From: Antedon mediterranea
Taxonomy: Eukaryota > Animalia > Echinodermata
Assembly (NCBI RefSeq): GCF_964355755.1
Contig: NC_092678.1
Span: 23,391,365-23,455,364 of the forward strand
Reading direction: 5' to 3'
Length of the DNA stretch: 64,000 nucleotides
A model generated the notes under the pieces. The model saw nothing but the letters and a program-made list of their open reading frames with translations. It did not search any database and had not been told where the DNA came from. A program made the translations under genes and the position numbers. This document shows, in pieces, positions 44,401 to 56,866 of this stretch; the first letter of the stretch is position 1, and every line of letters begins with the position of its first letter.

Positions 44401-47400
44401 TTAACTTGGATAAGATAACCATGGAGAAATAAGTTAACTTAGATAAGATAACTTGGAATAAGTTAACCATGGAGAAATAAGTTAACTTAGATAAGATAAC
44501 TTAGAATAAGTTAACCATGGAGAAATAAGTTAACTTGGATAAGATAACTTGGAATAAGTTAACCATGGAGAAATAAGTTAACTTGGATAAGATAACTTAG
44601 AATAAGTTAACCATGGGGAAATAAGTTAACTTGGATAAGATAACTTGGAATAAGTTAACCATGGAGAAATAAGTTAACCATGGAGAAATAAGTTAACTCG
44701 GATAAGATAACTTGGAATAAGTTAACCATGGAGAAATAAGTTAACCATGGAGAAATAAGTTAACTCGGATCAGATAACTTGGAATAAGTTAACCATGGAG
44801 AAATAAGTTTTCCATTTCTCTATGTTAAGACTGACTACAACTACCCGAAACGCAGAGAAGATACACATTAGGATGAGGATGTTTATTGCATAAAGTGAGG
44901 ATGAAAGAAAGATGAATAAATGGTGGAGTTTATCCAAAAAATGTATACAATTATAATCATTTTTTAGTGGTCGATGGGAACTGTCATTCCTTCTTTAATT
45001 ATAAATCGCAAATTAAATTACTTTAATCCATTCATTTTACAATACTTGCGCATCCGTCGAAGAAGCTAATTTAAGAATTTAAGTTATTCTAGTACCGGTA
45101 GTGAAAATCTAAAAATAAGGTATTGGTACACGTTTAAAAACCGATCAGCAGTATGATCATAAACCGCTTGAAAGGTAAGTACGTAGGTCTTCTGTGTCGA
45201 TTTAAAGTCGATTAGTACGGAAACCTCAGGAGAACTTTTACGGTCTAACCGAATATTGGACAAATTGGTATAGTAGCATAGGGATCCCGTAGCATAGATG
45301 TGTGCTAGGCCTATAACTAAATAGTCTAGGCCATTATACCACCTCAAGATGAGGAGGGGGCGGGGGAGGATGGCTGATCCGTTATTGAATTATACCATTG
45401 ATTTCTCGTGGTTTTCTGCTTGCAATGTTTCACCTCTTTTCATCTTTTTAATTTTATAAACCTGTATTTTATTCATTGCCTTTTATTGGATGAATACAAT
45501 GAATTGAATGAGATAAATTTAGTATCTGCCACCTCATATTCTTCGATTTCCTTTTTATATTATCAAAACAATAAGATAACAGAGGTGATTTGAAGAATAA
45601 AAAAAACATAAACTCGCATAAATTATATTGCAAATGAATATTGTTGATCAAATAAAATTGCAAAATTTTATTTTAAAACGTACTCCTAAATTCTATCTCG
45701 TCAGTTCGTAAATAATATAAAGTTCTTTTTTTGGTGTAAATTATATGATTACGGTAATTAATTTACAACAAAAATGTACCACTTACTTCGATTTTCTTCT
45801 GAAGTGATAGGTAGGTGATAAAACAATGGGAAACACTCAAAAGTTTATATCCGATCTTTCTTGTCACGCGAGCACTTTCTATAAATAGTCCCTCTAAGAG
45901 ATATGGTGAATTATAGGCGAAACAATTAAAATATTATTTGATTCCATTTTTATCATAAAAGACTTCCTATTAAAATGTTTAGGCTGATAACGAATCTCTA
46001 ATCACCGTATTCCCATCACATAATATCTTGCTTCATTAGATCCACTTTTAGAGTCATTTTGTCGTTTAATTCAAAATTATAAAGCAATTACAAATTTGAA
46101 TTACAATTTAATGGTTTATGACGATCGTCGTCTGCCAAGAACTTAAACCGCCGCGATATATTCCATTTTTATTGATAAGCCGAGGCGATTTAAAATAGCT
46201 CAATCCGGGTAAATTATTGTATTACGTCACGAGTTCGGTTTGCGCGTCACTCTCAGGCAATACGCCAATCTCATAGGCTATAATAATAATTGGCCTTAGA
46301 AGGGTTTAAGCGGACGTATGGTTTCTACAATTGGGACTAGCTTAGCAATCGTTCTTGGCGACTTAAAATAGAACAGAAATGATATCTTTAGCTTCATGAT
46401 ACGAACTTAAATTAAATTTAGCTCCTTCACTCGTCGTTGTCACATGATTGTTAAAATTAGAAAAGAAAAGTGCATTTTTATTATCATAATTCGGACGGTC
46501 AGAAGTTATAATTTAGTCGTAGCATTATAATTATTTTATCTCTCAGGCTGTTACTTATTATTTGCGCTAATAAAACATTCCTTTCTTAATACAGTAGGAA
46601 TAATATAGGGCCTATTTCTCGGACATTATGGTTGAATAAATAAATAATAAATAAATAAATTATGCTGTCTTTCACAGGTCAGAAAGAACTAGTTTAAGAC
46701 ACATAAAGGCCCGGTCGGGTTTAAATCCGACTACAGGCCTATATCGTCATGTGATTGTTTTTCTCGTGTAATTGTCCCCTTTTCTGTCTACATTGTACGT
46801 ATGTAAGTAATGGTTTCAATGACGAATCCACCAAACGTTATTTATACAATTTCTGAAAATGCACAGGTTTTTTTTATGGTCGAACATATTACCGGGTAGG
46901 CCTATTATATCAAATGACAATAAAAAAATGGATTCCTCTTTTATTTAGTTTTTAATTTTTGCATCGGACATTAAAATATGAGAGGCCTAATTCATATTTT
47001 ATAATCATTTTCTTATGGCAGTAAAGGCACTGTTTTTTCTGTTAATTAAGTCAGGCATATTATATATGCAGTATTATGCCATATGCAGAGAGCGTTTACA
47101 TTAGCCATGGATAAAGACTTTGAGAGGCCACGGAGCTATAGACACAACCTGTTATACAGAGATAATTAAATACCCGGTCGCCTTGCAACCTACACAATGC
47201 CCCGTAGAGTGTAAATTTAGCACAAACCCAGCTAATCTGATAATACCAGTATTCAAAGGTCATAGCGGTATTAAGTAAATGCTTCTCATTGGTTGATATA
47301 TCGTGGGCTGATTCGGCCCAGCTGTTTTCTAATACCGACATTAACCGGCACAAAAGCCGCTTACGCTGCTTCTAAATCCATACGCTTAATCCTAGATATT

Positions 47401-50400
47401 TTAAGCAGTTTCAGTGCAGCAGACAAAACCATCGTTATCGAGCTATTCTGGACAGTCGCTTCTCTGTTACCGTAACGAGAGTACTATTCGTCCGTAAAGA
47501 TGGACATACGATCAGCTATACGGCCACAGTTCAACAAGAAACGAAAACCTAACTGGTCAGAAAATGAAATTAGTTTTTTACTTCGAGAATTTGAGAAACA
47601 TAAAATAATATTGACATCAAAGCTGTGTGGTGAGACAACGTCTCAGCAAAAACGACAAGTTTGGAAGTTGATTTGCGACGGGTTAAACGCACGAAATCCT
47701 TACGTGAAACGCACTACAGAAGAAGTGCGACGCAAGTGGAAAAACTTGTTATCAGCGTCAAAACGGGAACTTGTCGAATCAAAAAGACCGTACATCGAAG
47801 GCGGTCCCCCTCCCAGGCCGATTTCAAGCATAAGTCGACGTGTTATCAAATTGAGGGGTACGGTACGGCAGCAGTCATATGCACACCCTGGTGACCAGAA
47901 CCACCCGAATGTTAACTACCATGGTCTGCCTACCATGGTTGAGGTCGTGCACCATTCAAATCATATTGATTCAGATGATTTGGATGATTTAGATGATAAT
48001 CTTGATGATATGGACCAAGATGATTTTGATACCGTCGAAGAACATTCGCCAAATGGTAAAATTCTGCGACTTTCACCAAAGAAAGAAAATCATCCGTCCA
48101 GCAACGCGTCGATCACAGAAAATAAATATTCACCAATTTACGAAGAAGAAAATCATAAAGAACACGTAAGCCTACGAATGGATCGACAAAACCAAGAAGT
48201 CACAAACGATTCCAGGCTAAGCGAGTCCGAAGTACTACCGCGTATTCATGGTAACGACACGCATCGGGACGCGCACGCAGGCCTAGTACAGGACGACGGA
48301 GAAAGTCATGAACATAACCAACAATCGAACGGCTTATCATCCCGGTCGTCTTCGCCGTTTTCAGACGTGACGACATCACGTCACATAACAGCAGCCGATA
48401 TGTATCACCCGGTACTACCATCAGACGGATACCCGCGGATTTTCACAACCAATGGCTTTCGTCCGGAGTATGCTATGTATGACAGGACAGACGGTTCGCT
48501 TGCCCGACCGACAACAACAACGTCAGAGAGACTTGACGTCGACGAAAACGGACAAAGCGTCGCGGAAATACAAGCGGACATGGTACGCATACAGCGGGAT
48601 AAACTAAAGCTAGAGAAAGAAGTGCTCGAGTTATATAAAGAAAGAATGACGCTAGAGGTGGAATGGTGGAGAAATCGTTTACAGCGAACAAAAACAACAC
48701 AAACATAATCACTTATGATGCGCTACTAACTCCGTGCTACATAAAGTGTTATGTTTGTCGTAAAGTATTCATTGTTATGCTACAGCATCCGATATTCGCC
48801 ACAGAACAATCGGCGTGGTCTCACGGTGCAACAGGACTTTCTTTGTGCTACAAACTGTTTCCAGCAATTTGTGGTCACGGCCGCCGGACTCATGAGTACT
48901 CATAAACGCTATTTGCTTACATTTTAATTATTTGAATTTTCTAATTCATTAATGTGACAAAAGAATGTGTAGAAGAGAAACATTAATGTATTATCGTACG
49001 CACGCAAATAAAAGCAACTCAATCACGACTGTAGCATAATGTGTAATAGCATGTTGTATATAAATGACATTCGCATGCAAGTTAAATGATGTAAGTTGCC
49101 ATATTCAAAACCAATTTACCTGACTAATGTATACTAATCGCCGCTCTGATAGTATTACGGTGAAAAAGATGTTCTGCGCTTGCGCATTGTCAACGGCCAG
49201 TGACCTTGAATGACATTATAATAATGTTAGTGTCGCATAATGACGTGACAAGGTATTTGACAAGATGATCCTACCTATTATTACTGGAGCTCAATAAGAG
49301 ATGCTCATTTTTTAAATACATTTTCCTTAGCTGCAAAGACCTGGATTGTAGCTTTCACTTAATTAAAAAATGTTGATATTGAAATGCATTTTATATAAAA
49401 CAAATTTATTTTGGTTAGATTTAACTTGGTTTAACGCAAGGATGTAAGTCCACCGTAAAGCGTGGTTCCTTCTGGAGACGCAACGCAAGCGTAACGTAAG
49501 TGATTTGACCAATCACAAGCGATGGATTATCCGTCACCGTGATTGGTCACTCACGTGCGTTGCGCCAACGTCGTTGGGTTGGTCCAAGTGGGAAAAAAGC
49601 TTCAATTCTTCAGCTTCAATTTGTCAACTTTATCAATATTTTTCAAGTGAAAATGCATCTTTATTTTGGGCTCTATACTTCAGTAGGCCTACAATACTAA
49701 ACACTAAATGCTGTATGCAGCTTAAAAAATGTTTTAATAAAATATCTAAAATGTTTTTAAAAGATTTTATTTTAATGCGTTTTCAATCGAATACGTTTAC
49801 GGTTTACTAAATTTTCGGTGTAGAGCTAATTATGCGAGGCAATGATGATGATGAATATGACGACGATGATGATGATGATGATGTCGATAGGTGATAAGCT
49901 AGTATGTTAATGATACGACTATGATTTATCATGTAAACCTATTTAAAATTATTCAAATTCATTCGTAATATTATTCTACAAAATACAAGTCCAAGAAAAT
50001 CCCTAATTCCCTGCAATATGCGCTCGATACACATCCAGGGTTGTCAAGATTGATATTTTTATCTGCTGAAATTCAATTTCGTCGAAGTACGCCTGTGCGA
50101 GGTAAAAATAGACGTGCGGATTTAGAAGCAATCATCAGGGACTCAAGCCCCTTTACGTATATATAGTTTCGAATTTAAGCCAGGATTACTATAATATGAA
50201 ATCCCGTGTAAAGTATCACTAGAACTGCTGCTATGACGACGTGTAAATGAGGAAATCTATACAGTAAGCCTTTTACGTCGAGGACATTAAAAATAACTTG
50301 GGTATCTACGATTAGTGATATCAATTATCAATGAAATACGTAACTGTTGTCTTAAGCTCCGTCCACACTATCACACTAGTGATGTGCCCAAATATGGTAG

Positions 50401-53400
50401 TGATATGAAATCATCGTGTCAATATATGGGCACATCACATTTTTTGTCACATAGTTTGATAGTGTAGACAGAGCTTTAGTAGATATCTTAACGTCACCCC
50501 TGGATGATCATGATGCCTCGTTAATAGGATGTTTATAAATATTATATCATGTCTTCTATTTGACCTTTTTCTTCGATACATATTTTAATAATTATCGAAT
50601 ATTTCCGTTTGAACGTTTAAGAGAGAAGAGGGCAGCGTTAAATATAGAATCTATGTTATTCCTTATGACCATTTAGGCCTATACACACAACGCGGAGCAG
50701 ACGAGCGGTTTCTGCTCAGGATAGATACAGATTCTATGTGGGACAAGCTACGCGGTTTTCCGCTTACCGTTACCGCTCGTCTGTGTATATTGGCCTTTAC
50801 TAGATAAAAATACAGTAACATCATATTAATAGTATATTTATAAAATACTCTGCAAAATATAGATAGATTGCTTGTTTTATCATCAAACTATACGCTTATA
50901 TCTATATCATTTCTTATAGCACGGCTGTTGTGATTCTATTGTTTCCGGTGTACTTATTACTAAATTATAAATCACTGGCATGGCTTGACTAAAATAATAA
51001 AATATAAATACTTACCATAAACCCATCCAATGGCGACGCATTCAAAGAAAGCCATACATAAAAGAACCATCCCGCTAGCCGAAAAATAGTCGTAGATTTG
51101 AAACACATACATACCGCCCTATCGAAAAATGCAAACAAAAAAAGTCTAATACCCGAACATACGAAGAGACAACGCGCGTACAACATATGTGAACGCGCGC
51201 GCTATACATTTAATATAAGTGTGGTTCCCACTAGATGCAACACAAGGACGTCCGTAGTAAATCCATCGCCCGTGATTGGTTAAATCACTTACGTTGCGCG
51301 TACATCCTTGCGTTAAGAGTTTCTTGTGAACTATATTTAATCATAATATTGTTTTAGTCATAATATTGATAACCATAACAACGTCTACAGTACAGAGATT
51401 TTTACAAAAAAAAAAAATTAATTGTAAAATATATACAGGGTTGCATCTCTAGTGGGAACCAATCATTAATCGGCAGCGATTTTACTAATAATACATTATC
51501 GAAAACTCACCCGTGTAACCATGAACAAACCACAAAGGAATGAGATTGTACAAATGAAGAGAACAAACAGCTCACGATTGTAACCACGATTCAGAAAGCG
51601 CGGGAAAAAGTCACTTATAGCAGTCACGAAACCTTCAACAGTTACAAACTAAAAAGACAAGACAATAATAGTTTATAGACACAGGGGAAAATAACATTTT
51701 CTTTTCAAGTCACACTAACCTACTCGTTTCATACTAAAAGCAGCTTCCGTGCGTTCGCGGTTGTCAACCATGGAGTACCAGTAATAATAGTAATATAATA
51801 CTCAATGGTAAAATAAAGCGATGATTATTATACTAGAAATAAAACAGTAAAAACGTGAGTAGGCCTAGATAAAATGAATCTGGTACCTGACTGTCCATTC
51901 CGACCAATAGAATCATGAAGAAGAACAGACATGACCAAAGTGGTGACAATGGCATCATGGACACCGCTTTAGGGTATGCGATGAATATCAGTCCAGGCCC
52001 TGTTGACAAATATACACATTTATTATTAACAAACCACCAGAGCGTCAACATCGGGGTTTTGTATGGTGTGTAAACTCCGGAGTTTTAACAAACCACCGGA
52101 GCGTCAACATCGGTGTTTTATATGGTGTGTAAACTCCGGAGTTTTAACAAACCACCAGAGCGTCAACATCGGTGTTTTGTATGGTGTGTAAACTCCGGAG
52201 TTTTAACAAACCACTGGAGCGTCAGCATCGGTGTTTTATATGATGTGTAAACTCCGGAGTTTTAACAAACCACAACATCGGTGTTTTGTATGGTGGGTAA
52301 ACTCCGGAGTTTTAACAAACCACCGGAGCGTCAACATGTTTTTATGATGTGTAAACTCCGGATTTTTTTAGGCGGTGTAAAGGGGGTATTAATAATATTA
52401 TTAAACAAAGAAAGTACCTTTTGTGGCAACATCTTCAATAGGGACACCCTGTTCAACCGACATGTATCCAAGCACGGAGAAAATCAACAATCCGCCATAG
52501 AAACTTGTAAAGCTATTCACACAGGCTACGATCAACGTATCCCTGAAAAAAATTTAGTGAAATATGTCATTACGTACGTCATGGTCCGTTTAGTGGGACG
52601 TGAAGTCGTAGGATCTGCGTACGTAACAATGGACATAACGGTAATTCGACACAACACAATTATAAAATACAAAGTAGTACGAGCCACACACAAAATTACT
52701 AATCTTAATATTACCTAAGATAATTATGGTAAATGTTAAAATTTCAAACTATCCAGATGCGACTTCAAAGTTTTAGGCGGTTTTTTCTTCTTTTTTTTTT
52801 AAAAAAAAGCTTCATAGGCTAGCCCTGCGGCGGGTTAGAATTGTCTTACATTATAACGTGGGTGTTCCTGCACAATCTCATTTGCATAACAACGGACGAC
52901 ATACCAAGCCGTGTCGTACAACTACGATGAGATATTAATTCTCTTCTAAACACGTAACGAAGAGAATTATCAATTCCTTTTTTCTGACATTAAAATTGAG
53001 GGCGCTAAACATAAAATTTATGAGATCGAATACCGGTGGCGAAAACCACAGGAAAAATAAAAGATGTTAAATGTGCTCTCCCTGCCTCAGCACTAAGGCC
53101 CTGCCACAGCCTTTTGGGGTCGTTTCCAGCACATCACCAGATGCATTGATGTTACCGCCTCATGATGTGTGGTGGAAAGGGGGACGTATAATTCTGTGAA
53201 CCTCAAACACAGTTGGTCGCATACCTTTAACTCTATTCCACCAGACCAGCGTGGGACTCGAACCCACGACACTCGTGTTGGTAACACGACGTTCAGTCGA
53301 CTGAGCTAACCGGTCATTTTGTTTGTAAACAGGTTAATACAAGCTTCGTTCCGTCAAGGTGACGGTCATGAATATGCATAATATGAAGCACGTATAAATA

Positions 53401-56400
53401 GACTATTGTCAGCGGGTAATGCTCTGTTTCGATTAATCTATGCTCAAGCTTGGTTTCGAATCTTTTTCTTTTTTTAATGGAAAATAAATATTGTTTTTCT
53501 TTTATTTTGATATCGAGATGGTTAAGTTAAATTAGGAAATATGTAAATCTTTGCGATTCCCACCGTCATATCCCTTTTAGTTACAAGACAAAGATAAACG
53601 TGTTATTAATACCTATAACAATTGTTGTTAAATTTATTATAGCTACCAAGCGCTGTAAGAGAGCCAAGACCAATGGCGTATGAAAAGAAAACTTGAGTTC
53701 CGGCATCTACCCATACCTGAAAGAAGGGAGAGCAATATTGAGGCAAACACAGATCTTGTGATGGGACGTTTGCGTTCCTGATTTGCATATGAGAACAATC
53801 ATGGGATAAAGCTGTCTACACTATCAAACAGTTTGACAAAAAAGTGTGATGTGCCCAAATATGGTAGTGATATTTCTAAATAAGGTAGTGATATTCCCAA
53901 ATATGGTAGTGATATGACATCATCATGCCCATATATGGGCACATCACATTTGTTTTGTCCCATAAAGTTTGATAGTGTTGACAAGGCTTTATAATGGCAT
54001 TTCTTATATATTTATCTATCTGTCCTTTTTCCGTTCCTTTATTGTCTTGCTTATTATAACATTAGTCTTTCATTTACCTGCGCGTCTCCCAGCCTGGTTA
54101 TATTTGGCTTAATGTAGTAAACAAGTCCTTCCGTAGCCCCTTTCAGCAGTAAACTTCGGACTAACAGGATCGTAAGGACCACGTACGGAAATGTCGCCGT
54201 GAAATACACAACCTAAGATGTTGTTAAAGACATTTATTTGTAATACTTTATTTAGGGTAGGTTTATTGTAGTGTAACAACCCCGCCTTTTGTATACTATT
54301 ACTTTCCCGTGAAACAAACGTGTAATTATTATTAGTTTTAACGATTAAGCGTGGTTGCCACTAGCAACGCAACACAAGGACGTAACGCAACGCAAGTGAA
54401 TTGACCAATCACAAGCGATGGCTTATTCGCTTGTGATTGCTAAAGCGTGGTTCCCACTAGCGACGCCACACAAAGACGTAACGCAACGCAAGTGAATTGA
54501 CCAATCACAAGCGATGGCTTATTCGCTTGTATATAACTTCGCTTGTCATTGGTTAAAACGCCTGCGTTGCGTTTACGTCCTTGCGTTACGTTCTAGTGGG
54601 AACCAAGCTTAAGGGCCAACCCCTAATCAGGGAACCGTTTTTAAAACTTTGTGCAATAAAGTGTGTGTATTCTATATTTTAATTTCTGTTTTATCGTAGG
54701 CCTACTAATATTTGCAAATCTTTCCATTGTTATTTTATTATGATAATGGACAAATAAAGCTTTTCAGTATTCAGTGTACACGTTTTTGGCGACATGTCCT
54801 CTTAATATGAGTGTGCTATTATATAAAACTATATACAGTATTATGTTTAACGCATAGAGATGCGGCGTAAATACGTTGAAGCGGCAAAACTTACCTTTCC
54901 TGACGAACGAACACCTTTCCATATACAAAAGTACGTTAGAATCCAGGCCAGCAGTAGGGTGCCTACCAAAGGCCACCGTAGGCCTCCCATCTCTGATAGT
55001 CCACTCGATATCTGTAAAACTTCCCGCCTAAAATTACAAATATGAATTATCTTTACTTTATACTTATATAGAGCGTTTATTTCGAATATAAGCCCAAATC
55101 TCATGATCCATAATTTGTGCATATGAAGTATGCATTTCGCCAAATTCCTACTATAACAATATGAGTAGTTTGAAATGCATTTATGGTGCATTTATGTTTA
55201 TTAAAGCACGTGCTTACGTACTCCCAGAATTCAGATACGGATGACGTCGATAAATATTCGTCAGTAATGTTGATAGTGGTATTGAAATCTTCAGTATAAT
55301 CCTGGAAAGGAAATTTAATAAATAGAATACGTAAATCATATAAAATAAACATTTATTTCATTAAATTCAACAATAATATACATCATTATTTTAAGAGTGA
55401 ACTTTTGACGCAAAGTATCGACGTAGGCGCACGCAATGCAAGTAAGTTGACCAATCACAAGCGACGTTTCAGATTATCCATCACATCGTGATTGGTCAAA
55501 TTACTTGTGATGCGCTTACGTCATTGCGTAGCGTCCAAATAGGAAACAACCTTTACGGTAACGCCACAAGAAGAACCAATGAGAAGGTACAAAGATTGTG
55601 TTGGAAGAAAATCGTAAAATTGGAAGTTAGTTTAACACTACTGTACGTACTTTGAACTCCGTACAGTTGGGGGTGTTCCATGGGTTCTGACAGTGCGACC
55701 AAGGTAGTTCAGATGAGAATGAGTTAAAGAAATAAAACAGAGCCCATGCAATTATTACGATATAGTACTGGTTCAACCAGAACACAATCACAGTTGTCGC
55801 GTATCCAATACCTATGGGAAGAAAATTGACAAATATGGTGTTGCTTAAGCTCTGTCTCCACTATAAAACTTTATGTGACAACAAATGTGATGTGTCCATA
55901 TATGGACATGATGATGTCTTATCACTATTATTGAGAACATCACACTTTTTTGTCAAACTAGTTTGATAGTGTAGACAGAGCTTTATTCATGTTTTTAATC
56001 ATGTTTATGTTCTTAATTGCCGTACTGTACCGTAGCTTATGGTTTTACAAAACATTACAAAGTACGCGCGTACAAACTTAGATAAAACTGATTACGACTT
56101 TTGTACGCGTGCGCATTAACTGTGTCTCTTTTGAGAGGTAGACTCATCAAAAACGAGTAACCTGATTTCTAACATTTCAGTATAAGGCCCACCTTTAAAG
56201 ATAGGACAAATTTGCCAAACTCGTATTCCACCATATGACATAAACTGACCAATAGTCACCTCCAATAGGAACAAAGGGATGCCGCCAAAAACCATAAAGA
56301 TGATATAAGGAATAAAGAATGCACCTGGTTAAAAGAAACAGAATAGAAATTTGAAGAGCAGATATCAGATTGATTTATCTCACACCTCATGCAACACAAA

Positions 56401-56866
56401 TATTATTTATATTTTCGGTGTATACTAGTGATAAATAAATGTTCCTATACAAGTTTTTTAAATATCTCAGTGGCCCCACAATAGAGGTGAGACAAATTTG
56501 CGGAACTAAATTAGGTTTTTTTTTTTGCATTTTTTTTGCATTTTTCTTCATTTAAAAACCATAGAAAATTATTATTATTATTATAAAATGGCAAGAAGGG
56601 GGCAAGAAAAGATATTTAAAATTATTAACCATGTTGTTTAACTAGATTAGCTATAGAATATAAAAAAGTAAAATTGTAACAGTACCTCCACCATTTTTGT
56701 AACAAAGATAAGGAAATCTCCAAATGTTACCGAAGCCGACAGCGAACCCGATACAAGACAGGATAAAATCTAGTTCTTTATCCCATCGTAATCTGTCATC
56801 CCCAGCAGACACCATATCCTTTTCATTAGTACATTTGTCTTCTTGGTCTAACTTCTCATGCTGCAT
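35496..56866 (-). CDS. SLC6 Na+/Cl- dependent transporter, GABA/creatine/taurine subfamily, ~591 aa
   Basis: Exons 56866-56686, 56324-56193, 55811-55651, 55301-55222, 55027-54895, 54212-54078, 53716-53613, 52542-52418, 51999-51887, 51648-51511, 51118-51016, 36642-36542, 36239-36072 and 35597-35496 splice in frame with GT-AG. Motifs [76 protein letters not shown] and YVYPPWG...SSMICIP. Confidence 0.93.
38232..42819 (+). CDS. Multi death-effector-domain (three tandem-DED modules) protein with two predicted TM helices, ~644 aa, nested in the SLC6 intron
   Basis: Exons 38232-38754, 39111-39650, 40756-40872, 41159-41251, 41693-41749, 41891-41983 and 42308-42819 are all joined by phase-1 GT-AG introns into one 1935-nt ORF. 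Each module has a DED-like pattern (LKxxL.D...DLFNxLExxGLIxPTxINLLLEI) followed by a caspase-8-like SxYRxxLF second DED. Confidence 0.75.
44392..44810. repeat. Minisatellite of ~48-bp composite units (ATAAGTTAACCATGGAGAA / ATAAGTTAACTTGGATAAGATAACTTGGA)
   Basis: Near-perfect tandem units with internal sub-repeats and no unique spacers. Confidence 0.95.
47500..48708 (+). CDS. Myb/SANT-like DNA-binding domain protein (Harbinger-Myb / MSANTD / NAIF1-like), 402 aa, intronless, nested in the SLC6 intron
   Basis: N-terminal [15 protein letters not shown]...[14 protein letters not shown]...[13 protein letters not shown] trihelix motif, an acidic disordered middle, and a C-terminal coiled coil [24 protein letters not shown]. 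Confidence 0.85.
   Translation: MDIRSAIRPQFNKKRKPNWSENEISFLLREFEKHKIILTSKLCGETTSQQKRQVWKLICDGLNARNPYVKRTTEEVRRKWKNLLSASKRELVESKRPYIEGGPPPRPISSISRRVIKLRGTVRQQSYAHPGDQNHPNVNYHGLPTMVEVVHHSNHIDSDDLDDLDDNLDDMDQDDFDTVEEHSPNGKILRLSPKKENHPSSNASITENKYSPIYEEENHKEHVSLRMDRQNQEVTNDSRLSESEVLPRIHGNDTHRDAHAGLVQDDGESHEHNQQSNGLSSRSSSPFSDVTTSRHITAADMYHPVLPSDGYPRIFTTNGFRPEYAMYDRTDGSLARPTTTTSERLDVDENGQSVAEIQADMVRIQRDKLKLEKEVLELYKERMTLEVEWWRNRLQRTKTTQT
50355..50475. mobile_element. MITE family A copy with TTA target-site duplication
   Basis: TTA | AGCTCCGTCCACAC...GTGTAGACAGAGCT | TTA. Confidence 0.85.
52027..52362. repeat. 59-bp minisatellite, about 5.5 copies, in an SLC6 intron
   Basis: Unit TAACAAACCACCGGAGCGTCAACATCGGTGTTTTATATGGTGTGTAAACTCCGGAGTTT. 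Confidence 0.95.
52680..53500 (-). mobile_element. Second copy of the composite repeat carrying the tRNA-like Pol III unit (53050-53315)
   Basis: Colinear similarity to ~930-1900. Cloverleaf at 53243-53315 on the minus strand. Confidence 0.75.
53810..53988. mobile_element. MITE family A copy with internal triplication
   Basis: TIRs present; three copies of aaatatggtagtgatat inside. Confidence 0.8.
54348..54609. mobile_element. MITE family B (TIR AGCGTGGTTCCCACTAG, internal CCAATCACAAGCGA) with a tandemly duplicated left half
   Basis: agcgtggttgccactag...ctagtgggaaccaagct, flanked by TTA and TAA. Related fragments at about 49459-49600, 51218-51460, 55420-55550 and 58125-58250. Confidence 0.75.
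55848..55982. mobile_element. MITE family A copy with TTA target-site duplication
   Basis: TTA 55845-47 | AGCTCTGTCTCCAC...GTGTAGACAGAGCT | TTA 55983-85. Confidence 0.85.

Noticed and set aside
44392-44810. CRISPR-like array (also 20135-20380 and 52027-52362)
   Set aside because: Units are head-to-tail with no unique spacers, there are no cas genes, and the context is eukaryotic.
52281-52718. 145-aa plus-strand ORF
   Set aside because: It is antisense to an SLC6 exon plus a minisatellite and has no coding signature.
53243-53315. Functional tRNA-Gly(ACC) gene
   Set aside because: The D loop lacks the conserved GG, the D stem is mismatched, the paralogous copy has a 6-nt anticodon loop, and it sits in a dispersed repeat.
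51016-56866. SLC6 as a 3'-truncated pseudogene
   Set aside because: The missing TM11-12 and C-terminal exons are present in the correct phase at 36642-35496.
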